Shown piece after piece: positions 62,935-64,000 of a DNA stretch of 64,000 bases. The translations under genes and the position numbers were made by a program. Location: assembly GCA_951804945.1 (NCBI GenBank), contig OX638164.1, positions 17,422,001 through 17,486,000 of the forward strand. The letters run 5' to 3'. Position 1 is the first letter of the stretch. Each line of letters opens with the position of its first letter. Source of the stretch: Podarcis cretensis. Taxonomy: Eukaryota. The notes under the pieces were generated by a model that was not told where the DNA came from, did not search any database, and saw only the letters and a program-made list of their open reading frames with translations.

Positions 62935-64000
62935 TATCATCTTTATCATTACTGTGCACCCTACAACCAATTCCAACACCATAGAAGAATCCCCATGAAA
63001 AATGTTAGAATCCAAAGTCTGCACACACTGGGCAGGAAAGATCTGCCAGCGGGGATCTGTTCTGCACAGGGCTTCCTACAAAATGGCTTGGGAGTGGGGT
63101 TTGATCTTGAGAAACTGCAATTGGAGACTGAAGGTGTACCGGTTCCTCTGCTGTTAATTAAATTTGATCAGCATGCTAAACAAAAACATGGTCGTGTGTG
63201 CGTGGCATATTTCCATGGCAACCTCAGTATTATAAAATTGTCTGTTCTTGCTTGTATGGAGACATAAGCAGGTGTGTGCCTAAGAAATGAATTTGCCACC
63301 AATGGGACAAAATGTACTGCATTTTCACATAGGTTTTCTTCACGTAATTTACTTGGCTCCCAAAAGCAGAAAGCAAGGGCAGGGACAAAAGGATATCTGG
63401 AACAACAATGGAAAAAGGACATAGAGAGCAACACAGCCCTGCAGGACTGTTTCACAGGTCATGCTAAACCTTGCGTTCTGCAACCTGGAATCCTCCATTG
63501 GCCATGTGGGTTGGGACTAAACATCTTGAGGGCAGCAAGCTGGGGAAGACTGTTCTAAACTATGATTTAGTGCTACAGGCGTGAACCTTGGGGTTCATGT
63601 GCTCCTTCTTCCCATCCCCACATGGCCATGAGATTGGAAATGCTCACTTCAGTTTTCATGCATAATTTTGTCTAAACTATGACTTTCGACAACCAAACCA
63701 GTTTCATGGTTTCCCTAAAACAGGCATGGGAACCCTCCAGAGCTCAGGCCAAATTAGGCCTGGCAGGGGTCTTACTATGGCCTGATAAATTTACGTTTAA
63801 GGTTCTACTCACGTGTGGGCACTTTTATCAGACCCAGACACAATTACAAATAAATTGGTTTAAAAAGCACCAACTGACCAAAGAGATTAGCTTTGCCCTC
63901 AAACAGTAGAGGCTGGAAGAGCCTTGGAGGTGAACTGGCTTGCTAGCCTGTAGACAGTGCAGCAGGGTGAAAAAGATGGTTTCCCCCCACCTGTTGGCCC

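Noticed and set aside
1-64000. CRISPR arrays, rRNA, operons, intact autonomous transposons or endogenous viral ORFs
   Set aside because: None seen; this is eukaryotic intron/exon DNA with only truncated or non-autonomous elements

Overview
Vertebrate genomic DNA from a squamate reptile, most likely a lacertid lizard (inferred from Sauria SINEs with ACCTTT tails, Bov-B, CR1 and Squam3-like repeats). The window holds the 3' part of ARHGAP32 (RICS/p250GAP/PX-RICS, a brain-enriched RhoGAP) on the minus strand. Twelve GT-AG coding exons run from 53008 down to the TGA at 25747. All splice phases are compatible, giving an open frame of 1756 aa from the internal MKSRP ATG at 52964. A roughly 4.5 kb 3'UTR ends near an ATTAAA at 21243-21248. 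The upstream PX/SH3 exons were not found and presumably lie beyond the right edge. The first ~21 kb looks intergenic and TE-rich, with no supportable host gene. There is a 154-N assembly gap at 32820-32973. The most interesting unexplained signals are: (1) a bidirectional-promoter-like module with two divergent first-exon candidates at ~61.5-62.1 kb; (2) a diverged ~135-bp inverted repeat pair at 11.7/12.9 kb; (3) a miR-132/Pumilio/CPE cluster at the end of the 3'UTR; (4) a possible 3-nt microexon at 54245-54247; (5) oppositely oriented intronic MITEs bracketing RhoGAP exons; (6) two SINE types with different tRNA heads on the same CR1 tail. No database searches were run, so TE family names come from motif recognition.
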